From Elsinoe ampelina (taxonomy: Eukaryota), in contig ML992507.1 of the NCBI GenBank assembly GCA_010093995.1, positions 1 through 64,000 of the forward strand: a DNA stretch of 64,000 nucleotides. The letters run 5' to 3'. The position numbers and the translations under genes are program-made. Position 1 is the first letter of the stretch. Each line of letters begins with the position of its first letter. The notes under the pieces were generated by a model. That model was given only the letters and a program-made list of their open reading frames with translations. It was not told the origin of the DNA and ran no database searches. Positions 35,933-49,068 of the stretch are shown here, piece by piece.

Positions 35933-37951
35933 ATGTCGGATTCGAAGGTGTCATGGCAGGAAAAAGCTAGGGCGAAGCGTGCCGGAAATCTGGCAAAAAT
36001 TCCCGAGGACTGGAGGTTGAGCTCGGACGATTTGGAGAGGGCGAAACAGCAGCGCGATCTGACGGGAACCTTCATCCAATCTTTCCTGTCAGACGATGAG
36101 GTCGAGATCATCAGGCTTGATAGCGTGCCGTTGGTCGAGGCCATTCGCAATGGACGGCTCACGGCGACGCAGGTAGCAAAGGCGTTTTGCCATACCACTG
36201 CTGTGGCTCAGCAAATAGTAGGTCACGACTTTTCTGAAGACCATCTATATGACCATGTCCTCATTCTTGTTCAATCCCGCATGCTTGATGGCTGATACTG
36301 GAGCTTCACTAGAATAATTGCCTACATGAAATCTTCTTCGATCAAGCGCTGGATCGAGCTGCCTATCTCGATGACTACTTCCACAAACATCAGAAGACCA
36401 TCGGGCTACTGCACGGCTTGCCGGTCAGCCTGAAGGACCAATTCCATGTCAAAGGTATCGACACGACTCAGGGCTACGTGGGATGGATTGGGAGCAACCT
36501 CGGCATCAATGACCCGTCTCAAGCTCACAAAGTCGAGAGCCAGATCACGACAGAACTTCTGGCAGCTGGTGCGGTGCTCTACTGCAAGACCGCACTGCCA
36601 CAGACTCTCCTGTTCGGCGAGACGAAGAACAATATCATCGGAGAAACCTTGAACCCAAAGAATCGCAACCTGTCTTGTGGCGGCTCGTCCGGTGGCGAAG
36701 GCGCTCTCTTGGCACTGAGAGGTAGCACACTTGGTGTAGGCACCGACATTGGTGGATCAGTCCGCATACCGGCTTCGTTCAACAATGTGTACTCTCTCAA
36801 GCCGACACCAGAGAGACTGTCCTACCGAACTGCCGCGAATACTACTCCAGGTCAGAACACGTATCGCTCAACACTCGGCTTCATGAGCACATCGCTCGAC
36901 GGGATCGAATTGGGCATGAAAGCCGTACTCTCCCAAAAGCCCTGGCTAACAGATCCTGCTGTGGTCCCTATCGATTGGAGACAAGAAATCCACGACTCGG
37001 TCCTGGCTAGAGCAAATAAGGATGGCAGTCCCCGCATGGAAGAGTCGAAGCTCAAGATCGGCATCCTGTGGAATGACAAGATGTGTCAACCTCATCCGCC
37101 CATCCAGCGAGGACTCCGCATGGTGGCAGATGCGCTGCAGAAAGCCGGGCACAAGGTATATCAGGTCTATAATGCTCCGACAACCCACTGACAATGCCCA
37201 GCTGATGGACTGGGATCCCCCACCCCACTCGGAAGCAGAACGCATCCACGTACGCCCTGCTCCCCTCAGACCCCCGTTCACTCCTCTAATCTTTCCAGAT
37301 GTCCTTCCTCCTCTCCGACGGCGGCCACCACGTGCACACCCAACTTGCCCTGTCAGGCGAACCCCTCCTGCCCGATCTCGAGAAATATCTGCTCCCGAAA
37401 CCTCCTCTCTCGCTGCTCGAATACCAAGACCTCACGATCCAAGGTCTGGCATACGAAGCAGAGTATGCAGCTTACTGGAACAGTACGGCGCAGGGCGATG
37501 GGCAAGTGGTTGATGCAGTGGTCATGCCTGTCACGCCTCACGCCGCGTCGATTCCGGGCAAGACTTATCATACTGGTACGTACTCACTGCTGCGCGCGAA
37601 GTGGAAAAGGGGCCAGACTGATAGACTTCCAGCGTATACCGAGGTCGTGAATTGTCTGAATGCAAGCGCTGTGGCATTCCCGGTCACGCATGCGGACAAG
37701 GATGTCGACGTGGCGGACCCGGGGTACGAGCCGATCAATGAGAAGGATAGGATGAATTGGGAGGCTTGTCGGTGGCCTCTTGCCAGAAACCGAGACTGGT
37801 TCGCTGACGTGGTCCAGATGATGCTGAGATCTACCATGACGGCCCGGTGGGACTGCAGGTCATGGGGCGCAAGTTCGAGGAGGAGAAGATCCTGGCCATT
37901 GCGAGGATCATCTGCGCAGCTCTTGGAACAGCATATGGGACGTCGGGGTGA
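35933..37951 (+). CDS. Amidase signature family (acetamidase/general amidase)
   Basis: LHGLPVSLKDQF, GGSSGGEGAL and GTDIGGSVRIPA catalytic triad motifs; GPVGLQVMGRKFEEEK; about five introns. Confidence 0.92.
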
Positions 37952-38026
37952 GAGACAAATCCTCTTCTGGGTATCTCCCAACATGCATAATCCTGTTCTG
38001 CATCTCTACATCATCCCTCCGTCCCT

Positions 38027-40230
38027 TCACTCCCCGAACCCCACCTTCTTCGTCCTCTCCCCCGTCCCTTCCACCTCCTTCTCCCTCTCCTCCTGTCCCC
38101 GTCTAATACTCTCCGTCTCCTTCGTCCTCGTCAAACTCGTCCTACTCTCCCCCGCACTCGCCAAACTCTCCACCTCCTCCCCCAACTCGCGATCCGAGTC
38201 CTTATCCTCCCCACCCCTCCAATCCGCCGGTTTCGTATCCCTAATCCCCTCCCCCTCCTCAGGCATAGTGATCACGGTCCCACTCCGCTCCGCATCGCCC
38301 ACCGCCTTCCACACCACGGCCAACCGGTCAAACGCTCTCGTGCCTTTCCGGGACGACCCCTTGATGCCATCCATCTTATCCCACTCCATCTCAAACACGC
38401 CCGACTCCAAAGGGTGGCCGTCGCGTTCCGGCCCGTCGCCTTCGAAGAACCCGTTGAACCACACGTGCGCGACCGAAGTGATCATCGTCAGCCCGGAAAC
38501 GCCTTTATTCCGCCTCTCGAAATCAATCTTCACGTCGCCGGTCGGGGTGACGACGCGGTCTTTCGGACGGAAGACGATGTCCCCTCCGCCTTCTTCCTCC
38601 TGGAGATCTTCGTATGTCGTCCGCGCTTTGCGGAGCGAGCCCTCTTCTTCCACCCGCGCGATGCTTTCGCCGGTCGACATGCCGTTGGTGGGGACTTTTT
38701 CATCGCCGCTCGTCTTGCCTCGAGCGCGGCGCTTGTCGCGTTCTTGGCCCACGACTTCGGCCGCGCTGGCGAGGACGCCTTGGCCTTTCTTCTCTTCGCG
38801 CACGACGCTGCGTTCTTCTTTCGTGAACGAGTGGATGACGTCCTTTTTGCGCCCTTCGTCCACGTAGCCTTCTACTGATACCTTGACGCGGTCGCGTAGT
38901 CCCCAGACGTGCACCTCGAGGATCTCCACCCCGCGTTCGACGTAGCGTTTGCCGCCTTTTGTCCAGCGGTCGACGTAGCTTACCCAGCGGAGTTGGGATG
39001 GGATGCTGACGCCGGCGCCGAAGCCCGGGCGCATGCGGCGTTCGGTGAAGCGAGCGAGGGCGTCGTTGACGGTCCAGCCTTCTTGGCTGATGAGGTAGGA
39101 GCAGCTGACCGTGCCGGAACGGCCTTTACCTGCTTTGCAGTGGACAACGACGACGCGTTCTTTCTTTTCGGAGGAGGCTTCGCCAGGGCGGGAGCGGAGG
39201 CCGTCTCCGTCTGGTCTGTTCTCGGAGTCGGATTTTGAGGATGTGATCATTTTGCCGTCAACGGAGGATTGCAAGTCGGACTTCTTTCGTGACAGGGGGT
39301 TACGTGATTTGCGGGACTTCTTCTCGTCGTCGGACTTGTCGGGAGTCATCGACTTTTCAGATCTGGTCTTTTTATCCTTGGATTCCTTACCATCGGACTT
39401 TGATTTTGCCTTGTCAGGTTCAGGCGAGGATGGAGATGGTGCGCGCATCTCCTTCGGCGGTAGTAGTGTTGACTCTCGCCATCGGACTTCCTTCTTACGT
39501 CTTGTCGAATTGGGCGTGCTCGTACCAGATGCCGAAGGTGTAGAGGAGTTTGTTCCATCAGCGCCAGGTGGAAGCGTGAGCATATGTGGATCTGGTGGAA
39601 ATGATGGAGTCGGCGGTAATGATGACGGAGCATCAACAAAAAGGTCACCTTCTGATCCGCTGGATGGTTTATGTTGTCCTGCAGGTTGATCATCCCGCTC
39701 AATCTTGATGGCCTCCAACTTCTGCGCGAGCTCACGCGACTTGCGCTTCTCGACTTCTTTCGTCCTGTCAGCATCGCTACTGCTCGTTGTAGCATAACCA
39801 TTCGCTTGGGAGACATTCTCTCCTTTGCCATCTTCCCCTTTCAGCCAATTGCGCATACTTCCCATGATAAGTGGTATGAGCGCGAATGGTGGAGGATGAT
39901 GGTCTGGCCATGGGTAGTGGTATATTCGATTGTAGACTTCGCTGTCCGGATAGCCAGTCCCTTCTGCTCGGAACTCCCATATCGCCCACTGATCTCCATG
40001 CTTTTCATCAAGGAACTTGACCAATTGCTTGAGGGGTGTTCGGTATGCTAGTTGAGGGTAAGTCCCACTTGGACCAGAGGTCGCAATGACTGAGCAAAAA
40101 GATTAGCGGCGTGGATGGTCAGCATTCACGGCGCAGACTGACTGTTGTCGGTCACATAGCAGAGATCAAGTCCAGCCTCGGGATGACGAGCTCTTGGACC
40201 GGACACGATTTGTCGCAAAAGGGAAGCCAT
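38027..40230 (-). CDS. TEP1: PTEN-like PI(3,4,5)P3 3-phosphatase / dual-specificity phosphatase
   Basis: MASLLRQIVSGPRA..LDLCYVT; WPDHHPPPF; HCKAGKGRSG P-loop; GVSIPSQLRW; intron at ~40090-40141. Confidence 0.92.
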
Positions 40231-41256
40231 GGGGATCGAGGGTCGAGTCTTGGTCTGAAGAGGTAGGGCTTATGTCGCGTGTCGGGAGAGCCCCATGGTA
40301 CGGTCAGAAGTGGTGAGATGTCTGCGGGATTTGCTCCGATGATTTGTGAGTGGTGTATCTGTGACTCTCCGTGACTGCGTGCGATCTCCGTGTGTATACT
40401 GTCAATCGCTGTCGAATTGCATAGCCGCTGTTTTGCGAATCCAATAGACTGACGTCAGTTGCCAAGTTCCCACCACCATGGATCCCACGTGCCCGGAGTC
40501 AGGGAATATACCCGCGTAACGGGAAACGACTCACCTTCTTTAAATATACACATGTCCGGATATGGGCGATACCGTATGTGGTGAACTTTAGGATTTGACT
40601 GAGGTCCTCAAAGGACCAGACATCACGTGATACTCCTGGTCAGATCACCTTCATGGATCGTCCGTGACTCGTTCTGATATGCATCCCCAACTGCTCCACC
40701 TTATTTCCTATCAACGTAGGCGCCTTGGTCTGTGGTATTCGAGCAGTCCAAATGCTGGAATGAGTAATATGTGCCGGGCACTCAACCTCTGGCGTTCAAT
40801 GTGTCCTAGCCGGCGATGCTTGATACCCTGATGTACAACCATTGTTCAATGACGGAAGTGGATGTCAGCAATTCAGGAACAAGGAGATTTCTCCAACTTC
40901 TGCCACGAAAGGAAACAAGCACTTCCAACAAAGATCAACCACCCCACGTTCGCGCAGTCCTGTGGGGCAGCTCACACCAGGCTGAGAAAGTGTCGTCCAT
41001 CACATCACATGGATCACTCGGCACTTGCCCATCTCTGAGATTACCGTTTCACGTCATGGTTGGACATGCGCCATCGCAGAGATAACGCCCTCCTGTTCCA
41101 AAATGCTTTACATCACTCTGAGACATTTCACTCCGCCCTACTGCTGACGCGCAGAATTTCTTTGTTGTCTTCTCCGTTATTGATGTCCTTGTTCAACACA
41201 TTGATATAATCAGAGCAGATCTTTCCCAGATCTACACGTGACAACATCTTTCGAAC

Positions 41257-42123
41257 ATGGGCACGTACACTGTGCATGCCCGGCGCGAGCACGTGCCTCA
41301 GGATGCGGACACAACGGCCATGCTACTGAGCATACCAGCCGAGTTGAGAAATCAGATATACCATCTCATCTTCACGCCGCCGGTGTATCGTCCGCTTTCG
41401 AGCAAATACGCTGTGCAACTCCCGATTTTCGCCAACTTCGGTAAAGACGCCTTAACTTCCCAGCCGAGTGATCTTACACCAAACAAGGCCGCGCTCGTCC
41501 GGTCATGTCGACAAGTCCACCATGAGACTCACCTTATGTACCTCAGCACAACGCCATTCCACCTCATCGGCGCAGTAGCTGACCCAGTCGCGTTCGCCAA
41601 TCTCACCTCTCATCTACCCGCAGGCCACAAGAAGGCCATCCGTCACATTGTCCTCACTGCACGGATCGCACATCTTCGCGCACTGAACGAGACATGGAAC
41701 GCATTGCCATTCGGCCACTCCGATTTCTTTCTCGAGACTCTCACCATCGTTCCGCGAAGACCCGAGACGCACATGTCCGCCTACGCCGAGGTCGCAGATC
41801 TCAGCCAATGTCATACTCTTGCATATATCCTGGCCGAGACGCTCAAAGGCTTGCGGAACGTGGGTGTCGTCATTGTTCGGAATGAGAATTGCTTCAACGA
41901 GGTCATCTGGAGACTCGCGTACCGTAGCCTTGTCTTCAGACTGTGGAAGTGGGGAGGACGACTGTTGGACTTGAAGTTTCGCGAAGACGAGAGCGGTCAG
42001 AGCTTCGAGGTTCTGTGCACCGTCACCAAGAAGGAAGACGGGAAAGGGTGGATGGATGTGCAAGCTGAGTTGGGTAGGCTGATCGGGGGCGAGGTGAGCC
42101 GTGATGGCATGGATGAATTGTAA
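41257..42123 (+). CDS. Hypothetical protein with an N-terminal F-box-like 'LLSIPAELRNQIYHLI' motif
   Basis: LLSIPAELRNQIY and LVRSCRQVHHE motifs, common in fungal F-box-like/2EXR-type proteins. Confidence 0.7.
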   Translation: MGTYTVHARREHVPQDADTTAMLLSIPAELRNQIYHLIFTPPVYRPLSSKYAVQLPIFANFGKDALTSQPSDLTPNKAALVRSCRQVHHETHLMYLSTTPFHLIGAVADPVAFANLTSHLPAGHKKAIRHIVLTARIAHLRALNETWNALPFGHSDFFLETLTIVPRRPETHMSAYAEVADLSQCHTLAYILAETLKGLRNVGVVIVRNENCFNEVIWRLAYRSLVFRLWKWGGRLLDLKFREDESGQSFEVLCTVTKKEDGKGWMDVQAELGRLIGGEVSRDGMDEL

Positions 42124-42562
42124 TGGTATAGGACGGCGGTCTGGTGGAGGAGGCTCTCACCTAAGGAAAGGATTTCACCTATATATTTAGTAATGACCAC
42201 GATTGATGACCTACCATTTGTGCTGCTACGAATCCCGTTGTAAAGCGCGATCGATGTGAGCAGGCAGGCGAAATTTGGCCAGCAGAAGGCCAAGTGAGAC
42301 GTGACTTGACCTCGTCTGTCAGACAGCAGCAATGATACGGTCGAAGCTGAGCTTATGCACATTTTCAAAGACCGTTGCCAATGTGAAGAAGAACAAACGG
42401 TGAGTATCGACAATTGAGTTTCGCCTCTGTGGGCGCTCCGCACCGCGAGTCATGCAACAACGTCCCAAACCCTTGGACTTTTTCCTCGCTCAGAAAAAAT
42501 TCCCCAGCACTTCACAACGTCGAGCTACACCTCGCTCGACGACACTCTCATCTCCAACAACC

Positions 42563-43744
42563 ATGGCGCCCACCACCGCAGTCGTAGCGCCCGCTGCCCC
42601 TACCCGCAAATATGCCCTCGACCCCACCCAAACCCTCCGCGCCGCCACCGCCCTCCTCACAAAAATGCAATCCGACCTCACCTCCCGCAGCACCACAGGC
42701 AAAGCCTCCCTGCTCTCCGACACGGACGAGACCGTCTCGGAACCCATCTGGCTCCTCCTCACCACAAAAAAACACATCTCCGACCGACCCCGCCTCAAGC
42801 CAGGCAAGATCCCCCTCCCCCACCCCCTCCCCGTCCCCGTCGACGCAACCGGCGCCCCCCTCCAGAAAATCTGCCTCATCACCACCGACCCGCAGCGCTA
42901 CTACAAAGACCTCATCGCGCACGACTCCTTCCCTGCTTCGCTGCGCCCGCGCATCGCCCGCGTCATAGGCCTGACGAAACTAAAGTCGCGGTATAAATCC
43001 TTCGAGAGCCGCAGGCAGCTGTTCTCCGAGTACGACGTCTTCCTCGCGGACGATAGGGTGGTGACGTACCTCCCCAAGTTGCTCGGGAAGGTTTTCTACG
43101 CTACGGGCGCCAAGAGGCCGGTGCCGGTGAATTTGCAGGGGAAGAGGCTCGAGACGGACGTCAAGGGGGAGAAGAGGGTCGCGTTGGCCAAGGGGGGGAA
43201 TAAGAGCGTGAGGGCGGCGCCGAATGCGGAGACGGTGGGGAGGGAGTTGGAGAGGGCGTTGGGGAGTGCGTTGGTTTGTTTGAGTCCGGGGACGAATGTG
43301 AGTGTCAAGGTGGGGACGACGGGGATGGCGGCCGAGGAGGTGAGGGGGAATATTGAGAAGGTGGTGGAGGCGTTGGTGGAGACGTATGTGCCCAAGGGGT
43401 GGAAGAATGTCAAGGGAGTGCATGTGAAGGGCCCGAAGACGACGAGTTTGCCGATTTGGTTGGCGGATGAATTGTGGGTGGATGAGGAGGATGTGTTGGA
43501 TCAGGAGCCGCCGAAGCCGTTGACCAAAGGCGAGAGGAAGGCGATCAAGGCCGCGAAGAGGAAGAGCAGGGATGTGATTGAGGATGGGGAGGAGGTGGAG
43601 GATGTGGCGCCGAAGCGAAGAAGAGGTGGTGACTTGACGGAGGAGGAGCGCAAGGAGAAGGATGAGAAGGCGGAGCGGTCGTCGAAGAGGAAGCAGCAGA
43701 TGGCGGATCTGAAAGCGGATGTCAGGCAGCAAATAGCGGTATGA
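42563..43744 (+). CDS. Ribosomal protein L1 domain-containing ribosome biogenesis factor (Cic1/Utp30/RSL1D1-like)
   Basis: ICLITTDPQR.YK, YKSFESRRQL..EYDVFLADDRV...LPKLLGK.FY...KRPVPV and W.NVK..HVKGP.T.SLPIW motifs; charged tail. Confidence 0.88.
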   Translation: MAPTTAVVAPAAPTRKYALDPTQTLRAATALLTKMQSDLTSRSTTGKASLLSDTDETVSEPIWLLLTTKKHISDRPRLKPGKIPLPHPLPVPVDATGAPLQKICLITTDPQRYYKDLIAHDSFPASLRPRIARVIGLTKLKSRYKSFESRRQLFSEYDVFLADDRVVTYLPKLLGKVFYATGAKRPVPVNLQGKRLETDVKGEKRVALAKGGNKSVRAAPNAETVGRELERALGSALVCLSPGTNVSVKVGTTGMAAEEVRGNIEKVVEALVETYVPKGWKNVKGVHVKGPKTTSLPIWLADELWVDEEDVLDQEPPKPLTKGERKAIKAAKRKSRDVIEDGEEVEDVAPKRRRGGDLTEEERKEKDEKAERSSKRKQQMADLKADVRQQIAV

Positions 43745-43815
43745 GCATGTTTGTGAATAGCATGAGGACGGCGTTGGGGATAGAGCAATTAAGCTTGTTC
43801 GTAGATGAGTCTCCA

Positions 43816-45663
43816 TCATGTTTGGTCAAGCAGACCATGCTTTTCTAATCTTCTCCTCTTCGCTTCTGCGCACCTCTTACCCATGGCCGCAAAGTGCTGC
43901 GGGTCAGGCAGAATCTGAAGCTCCTGCCATTCTGGTCTCCATTCGACCTTGTCACGCCAGTTCTCGATGTCTTCCACGCGCTTTCGCTTCCTGGGTGGCG
44001 GTAGAGGCAGATCTGCCTCTTCGTCCTTGAACTCGTCCGCTGCTGGATTCATGCGTAGAACCTCCCACAGACGACGCTCTTCCATCCTGCTAGCATACTG
44101 ATCGAGGGCTTCGAGGTAAGCGGTTTCCGCTATGTCAAGATCGTACTGCTTGCCATCCTCGGAAGAAGCTTCCGAGTCTTCCTCAGGCTTGGAGTCGCTG
44201 TCCTCCTCGGAGCCTTCTGCAGCGGTCACGATCTCTGGAGGTCGTTGGGTTTCGTCTGGCTCAGACTCGGATGCGTCTGTCCAAAAGTCGGAATCGTATG
44301 AGGTCGCAGAGTCAGTATCTTCCTCCACATCGTTCGGCGACGTCATGTCCGCATCGTCCAGTCCGTTCTTCGACATGATATCTGCTTCATCGGTCGTCGA
44401 GGACCTCAAGTAGCTCTCCACCTGGTCGTAGGTGAGAATCTTGCCCCTTGAATTTTTGTCCCCATCTCCAGCTTCCTTGCCCCGGGTGAAGATCTCCAGC
44501 CTACTCCTGCGCGGCAATCTTACCCAGAACTCATGCCAGTCATTGCTGAGCTCGAGCATTTTGCAGGCAGCTTGGACGTCCTGGTGCCGTACTACAAGCT
44601 CAGGGTCGTTTCGATCAGTCGCTCGAATGCGAGACATGGCTTGGAAGTGGCTTGCTTGTGCAATCCGCTTCGTCAAGCTGACAGCAAGGTTATGGAAGTC
44701 GGAAAAGGCTGTGTGATAAATGGATGGCCGCTCATCATTGCTTTCTATCAAATCGACCCAGCTGAGTTTATGGTCTGCTGAAGAAGTCATAAAGAGCTTT
44801 GCAAGTTCCAACCAGTTCCCAAGATGCAGCAATTCCGCCGAAGGTACTGACAGCTGCTGTCGCGGGGCATCCTTGATATCCTCCCTGGCTGCGCCGAGTT
44901 CAGGCGTGGCCTCAAGCTGCTCCTCAATCCTTTCAGCAAGCTGGACATCAAGTAGCCAGTCTGATCCATGGCGAGCTTTCTCCCGCTTGATGTCGGCTTT
45001 CTCAGTCTTGAATGCAAGCGCTTCAGCGGCGAGATCCAAGTGAGCTTCGCAGGATGTTGGAACCTCGAAGGCTGCCGGGATCTCATCGAGCGCAATTCCG
45101 TAGTATCGCTGGGACAGGAGGTAGTCTTCGATTGATCCTCTTTGTAGCAGCTGCAAATAGTCCCGTACCTCGGCTTCAGACTTGGAATCAATGCAGTTTG
45201 CCAGACGTTTGGTGTCCCCTTGACCCCAGATTGGCAGTCGTGAGAAGAGCAAAGACTTTTCTTCGGAAGTCCAGGAAGAAATCCCAATATCGGAGCCATC
45301 AAGTGGAGCGCTTGTTTGATCGATGGTCGGATCAAGAATACTCTCAATCACAGCATTGTGTAGCGTGCGATATTGTGGTCGTAGTTTACCACGTACTCGT
45401 ACTGCTTTGGAGCGTACCTTGAGCACTTTCTTGTCAAAGGATGGTCCAAGTTTCCAGATTCGAGGATCTCTCAAGATGTGATCATCCTCGGCTGAGTCTT
45501 CGGTAGTGCCGCCGCTGCCTTGATCGTCTGATATTACATCTGATGCCTCTTCCGCATCACTGTCTTCTCGATTGAGGTGCGGCTCATCCGAGCTGTCGGA
45601 ATAGTGACTTCCTGAATCGCTATCACTCTGTCCATCGACATCGACCGCTCCTGACGTGCTCAT
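43816..45663 (-). CDS. RRN5: RNA polymerase I upstream activation factor subunit Rrn5-like (SANT/Myb domain)
   Basis: IG.SSWTSEEK..LF..L...G......LA..I.SKSE.EV..YL.LL SANT repeat; EIPAA.E; AF.DFHNL.VSLTKR; V...DV.AA. Confidence 0.75.
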   Translation of the reverse strand: MSTSGAVDVDGQSDSDSGSHYSDSSDEPHLNREDSDAEEASDVISDDQGSGGTTEDSAEDDHILRDPRIWKLGPSFDKKVLKVRSKAVRVRGKLRPQYRTLHNAVIESILDPTIDQTSAPLDGSDIGISSWTSEEKSLLFSRLPIWGQGDTKRLANCIDSKSEAEVRDYLQLLQRGSIEDYLLSQRYYGIALDEIPAAFEVPTSCEAHLDLAAEALAFKTEKADIKREKARHGSDWLLDVQLAERIEEQLEATPELGAAREDIKDAPRQQLSVPSAELLHLGNWLELAKLFMTSSADHKLSWVDLIESNDERPSIYHTAFSDFHNLAVSLTKRIAQASHFQAMSRIRATDRNDPELVVRHQDVQAACKMLELSNDWHEFWVRLPRRSRLEIFTRGKEAGDGDKNSRGKILTYDQVESYLRSSTTDEADIMSKNGLDDADMTSPNDVEEDTDSATSYDSDFWTDASESEPDETQRPPEIVTAAEGSEEDSDSKPEEDSEASSEDGKQYDLDIAETAYLEALDQYASRMEERRLWEVLRMNPAADEFKDEEADLPLPPPRKRKRVEDIENWRDKVEWRPEWQELQILPDPQHFAAMGKRCAEAKRRRLEKHGLLDQT

Positions 45664-45815
45664 CCCATATTTGAATTATGTGAAAGAAGAGTCGAGGAAT
45701 GGTGGTGGGCGTCGAAGGTGGAAGTGAAAATCGAGACCAACGCGAGTCAGGCGTCGGCGACCTCCTCAACTCGACTCCGTTCTCGTTCTCTGCTTTTGCA
45801 ATCGTCAAGTTCCAC

Positions 45816-47864
45816 ATGTTGGCGACATGTCTTCTCGGGACACGTTCGCGACTTGGATCCTTCGCACCATCTTTGTCACCATGGCGTGTGTCACGTGCTC
45901 AGCAATTGAGGACGGCCATATCAATTCGCCACCAATCCAACCCATCAAGCCCGGTTGAGCCGCAGCGTATACAACTTCGAGATTATCAGGAAGAATGCAT
46001 AAGAGCTGTACTTAAACACTTGGAGCTCGGTCACCGCAGACTAGGAGTATCACTCGCCACGGGCAGTGGAAAGACTGTAATCTTCAGTCATTTGATCGAT
46101 CGCATTGTACCTCCGACGCCACAAGCGACTCAGACGCTTATTCTCGCGCATCGCAGAGAATTAGTCGAGCAAGCCGCGAGACACTGCGAGAATGCATATC
46201 CAGACAAACAGATTGACCTTGAGATGGGAGACAAGCATGCAAGTGGTCACGCAGACATCACTGTGGCATCTGTACAGAGTATCATGTCGGGCGAGAGAAT
46301 TGCCAAATTCGATCCAGCTCGATACAAGCTGGTCCTTGTAGACGAAGCACATCATGTGGTGGCGCAGAGATATCTCGATTGTCTCTCACACTTTGGTCTG
46401 GACAAGAAAGTTGAGGAGGATGGCGCTGGCTCGCGTCCGGTCACAACTCTGGTCGGCGTATCTGCGACTCTGTCGAGGCATGACGGTGTCGCTTTGGGAG
46501 CCGCTATCGATCATATAGTCTATCACAAGGATTACCTGGACATGATTGATGCGAATTGGCTATCAAATGCGACATTCACTACTGTCCGATCGGGGGCAGA
46601 TCTGTCGAAAGTCCGGTCGCTTGGAAAGACTGGCGACTTTCAAGTAGGCGACTTATCAAGGGCGGTCAACAACGATGAGGTCAATCAGGTCACTGTACAA
46701 GCCTGGCTGGAAAAGGCGAAAGCGCGCAAGTCGACACTGGTGTTTTGCACTGACCTGGCTCACGTCACATCGCTCACACGAATGTTTCGGAGCTTCGGAG
46801 TGGATGCAAGATTCATCACTGGGTCGACTTCTAAACACCTCCGAGGCGAAAGGCTTGACGAGTTCAAGCGGGGCGAATTTCCGGTTCTGCTCAATTGTGG
46901 TGTCTTCACGGAAGGAACGGACATACCCAACATTGACTGCGTGTTGCTTGCTAGACCTACCAAGTCTCGCAATCTGCTGGTTCAGATGATCGGAAGAGGT
47001 CTAAGACTGCATCCGGGCAAGACTGATTGTCATGTGATCGACATGGTGGCTTCTCTCGAGACTGGGATAGTGACCACACCTACCTTATTTGGACTTGACC
47101 CAGCGACTCTAGTCCAAGACGCGGACGCAAAAGAGATGGAGAGTGTGAAGGAGAAGCAGAGGAACGAACGTTTGCGAGAAGATAGCGCGGAGCAGCAACT
47201 GACACATCGTCCTTCGCTCGGAAGCGAGACCACCATGTCATTCACTCATTACGATTCGATCTCGGACCTGATAGAAGATACTTCAGGTGAGAGATTCATC
47301 CGTGCCATGAGCAAGCTCGCTTGGGTACAGGTTGACGCCGGACGCTATGTACTGAGCAACAACGACGGTGCATACGTCCGCATCGACGGGCCAGGATCTT
47401 CCTATACAGTGATGGATGACGAAGCTGACAAGTTCGTTGTCACATTCGTTGGACGCCTCCCTCCCTGGCAAGATGCCACGGCAAAGGCCCCTTTCGCCAA
47501 GGCGCGACAGATTGCCATTGCCGAGACGCTCGAAGACGCCGTGCACGCCGCAGACACTTTCGCCGTGGAGAAATTCAGCTATGGGTATCTCACCGCCCGA
47601 GCTACTTGGCGTAGTTCGCCTGCGACGGAGGCGCAGGTAGGCTTCCTCAACAAGACAAGGTCGGAAAAGGAGAAGCTCAAGCTGGGCAAGGTGACGAAAG
47701 GCATGGCTACGGACATGATAGTCAAGCTGAAGTTTGGTGCCAAGGGGAGATTGGGCAGGCTGCAGGTGGAGAGAAGGAAGGAAGAACGACACGCTGACAA
47801 GATGAGAGCATTTGAGACGATGAAGGCGAGGGAGACGGTCAGGGTGGGACCTGTTGCGTCGTAG
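45816..47864 (+). CDS. IRC3: Mitochondrial SF2 DNA helicase Irc3-like
   Basis: [51 protein letters not shown] and QMIGRGLR motifs; Arg/Ser-rich presequence. Confidence 0.9.
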   Translation: MLATCLLGTRSRLGSFAPSLSPWRVSRAQQLRTAISIRHQSNPSSPVEPQRIQLRDYQEECIRAVLKHLELGHRRLGVSLATGSGKTVIFSHLIDRIVPPTPQATQTLILAHRRELVEQAARHCENAYPDKQIDLEMGDKHASGHADITVASVQSIMSGERIAKFDPARYKLVLVDEAHHVVAQRYLDCLSHFGLDKKVEEDGAGSRPVTTLVGVSATLSRHDGVALGAAIDHIVYHKDYLDMIDANWLSNATFTTVRSGADLSKVRSLGKTGDFQVGDLSRAVNNDEVNQVTVQAWLEKAKARKSTLVFCTDLAHVTSLTRMFRSFGVDARFITGSTSKHLRGERLDEFKRGEFPVLLNCGVFTEGTDIPNIDCVLLARPTKSRNLLVQMIGRGLRLHPGKTDCHVIDMVASLETGIVTTPTLFGLDPATLVQDADAKEMESVKEKQRNERLREDSAEQQLTHRPSLGSETTMSFTHYDSISDLIEDTSGERFIRAMSKLAWVQVDAGRYVLSNNDGAYVRIDGPGSSYTVMDDEADKFVVTFVGRLPPWQDATAKAPFAKARQIAIAETLEDAVHAADTFAVEKFSYGYLTARATWRSSPATEAQVGFLNKTRSEKEKLKLGKVTKGMATDMIVKLKFGAKGRLGRLQVERRKEERHADKMRAFETMKARETVRVGPVAS

Positions 47865-49068
47865 ATGGCCTTTGGCCTCAAGTGATTGCTTGTAACACAG
47901 GACAGGACCGAGCAGCACGTCATGCTCAAAAATCTTCCGAGCTGTGGTGCCGTCTAGAGAGCTTGGCCATAGATTGGAGCCGTCTGGGGCCCCATGATCG
48001 TCGTGATTGTGGGTGGCTATGACTATAGAAGAATGAGGACGGCAAGGAAACCCAGCTATTGAAGTACAGAACCAGGAATGGTTGAGGAGAAACTTGGCTT
48101 TCCGGGACAAGAGCAAGCAAGATCAAGCCACAATTTTCTCGGGAAGGATGCGAAGGAAGCGGCTCCGACAAGTCAAAGAAGCTACATGAAGTCGGTATCG
48201 GCTGAATTCCGTCGTCAAGAAGAGGGAAAAAAAAGAGTTCAATCTGACCGTCAGTCTGATGAAATTCTGCATGTGACGGAGAAACAAGTGCTTTTTTGAA
48301 CAAGCAAGACGGTTCGGGATTGCCATGTATTACGGCAGATCTGATCATGAACCCTAGAAAAGACAAATACGAAGAGGTCGTGTTTCAGCTTTTCGGGACT
48401 GCTTTGATTGGATGTAGACCTGAAGGTCCTGATCAATAATGTCACTTTTGTCCCTCCTGCAGTATAAGCATTGGCAACGCGCGTACGGGAGTGTTGCTTG
48501 TATGCCTCCATGCCACATTTTTCTACAGATGCTGGATAAATTAATTATTTGCTGGTGACAAGCTTCATAACGGTGTTAGCTTTTCCGCGCGAGATAAGCA
48601 ACATGGACAGTCCTTGGCCTTTTTTTAATGCGAAATGACATTAACTTATGAAAATCCTCACAATGCATTCACATCAAGTGTAGGTCGGCCTGACGTCCAC
48701 CAAATTGCTCTTCAGCCACCGCTATCCCCATCACCGTACCATTCCTCATACGCCGGCGCCCAAAGGTCAATCGGTCCCTCAACGGACTCTCAAGGGCGGC
48801 TGAAGTCTGTGCGCAATCACCATCGATCAATTCAACTCTACCCGATCCAATTCCTGCGCTTGTCCTGTCCAGAGACCAGAGAGAGACCGAAAAGAGCTCG
48901 AGCCTTCCGTTTCGTGCAGCCTCTTACACCAGGCCTCCCCTTCTTCCGCCCTCCTCCCCCTCGACCTCCCCCTCCGTCCGCACCTCGACAGCTCTCTCCT
49001 CCCCCCCCAAAAGTTCTCGAGGTGTCGCGCGACCGGGTCTGACCTACGCGACACCAACCCGCGCTTAG

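Noticed and set aside
37299..38867. 522-aa plus-strand ORF
   Set aside because: Chimera of one amidase exon, read-through introns and the antisense shadow of the G-rich PTEN 3' end.
48078..48511. Short ORFs between IRC3 and BST1
   Set aside because: No recognisable motifs or convincing splice structure; probably intergenic or UTR.
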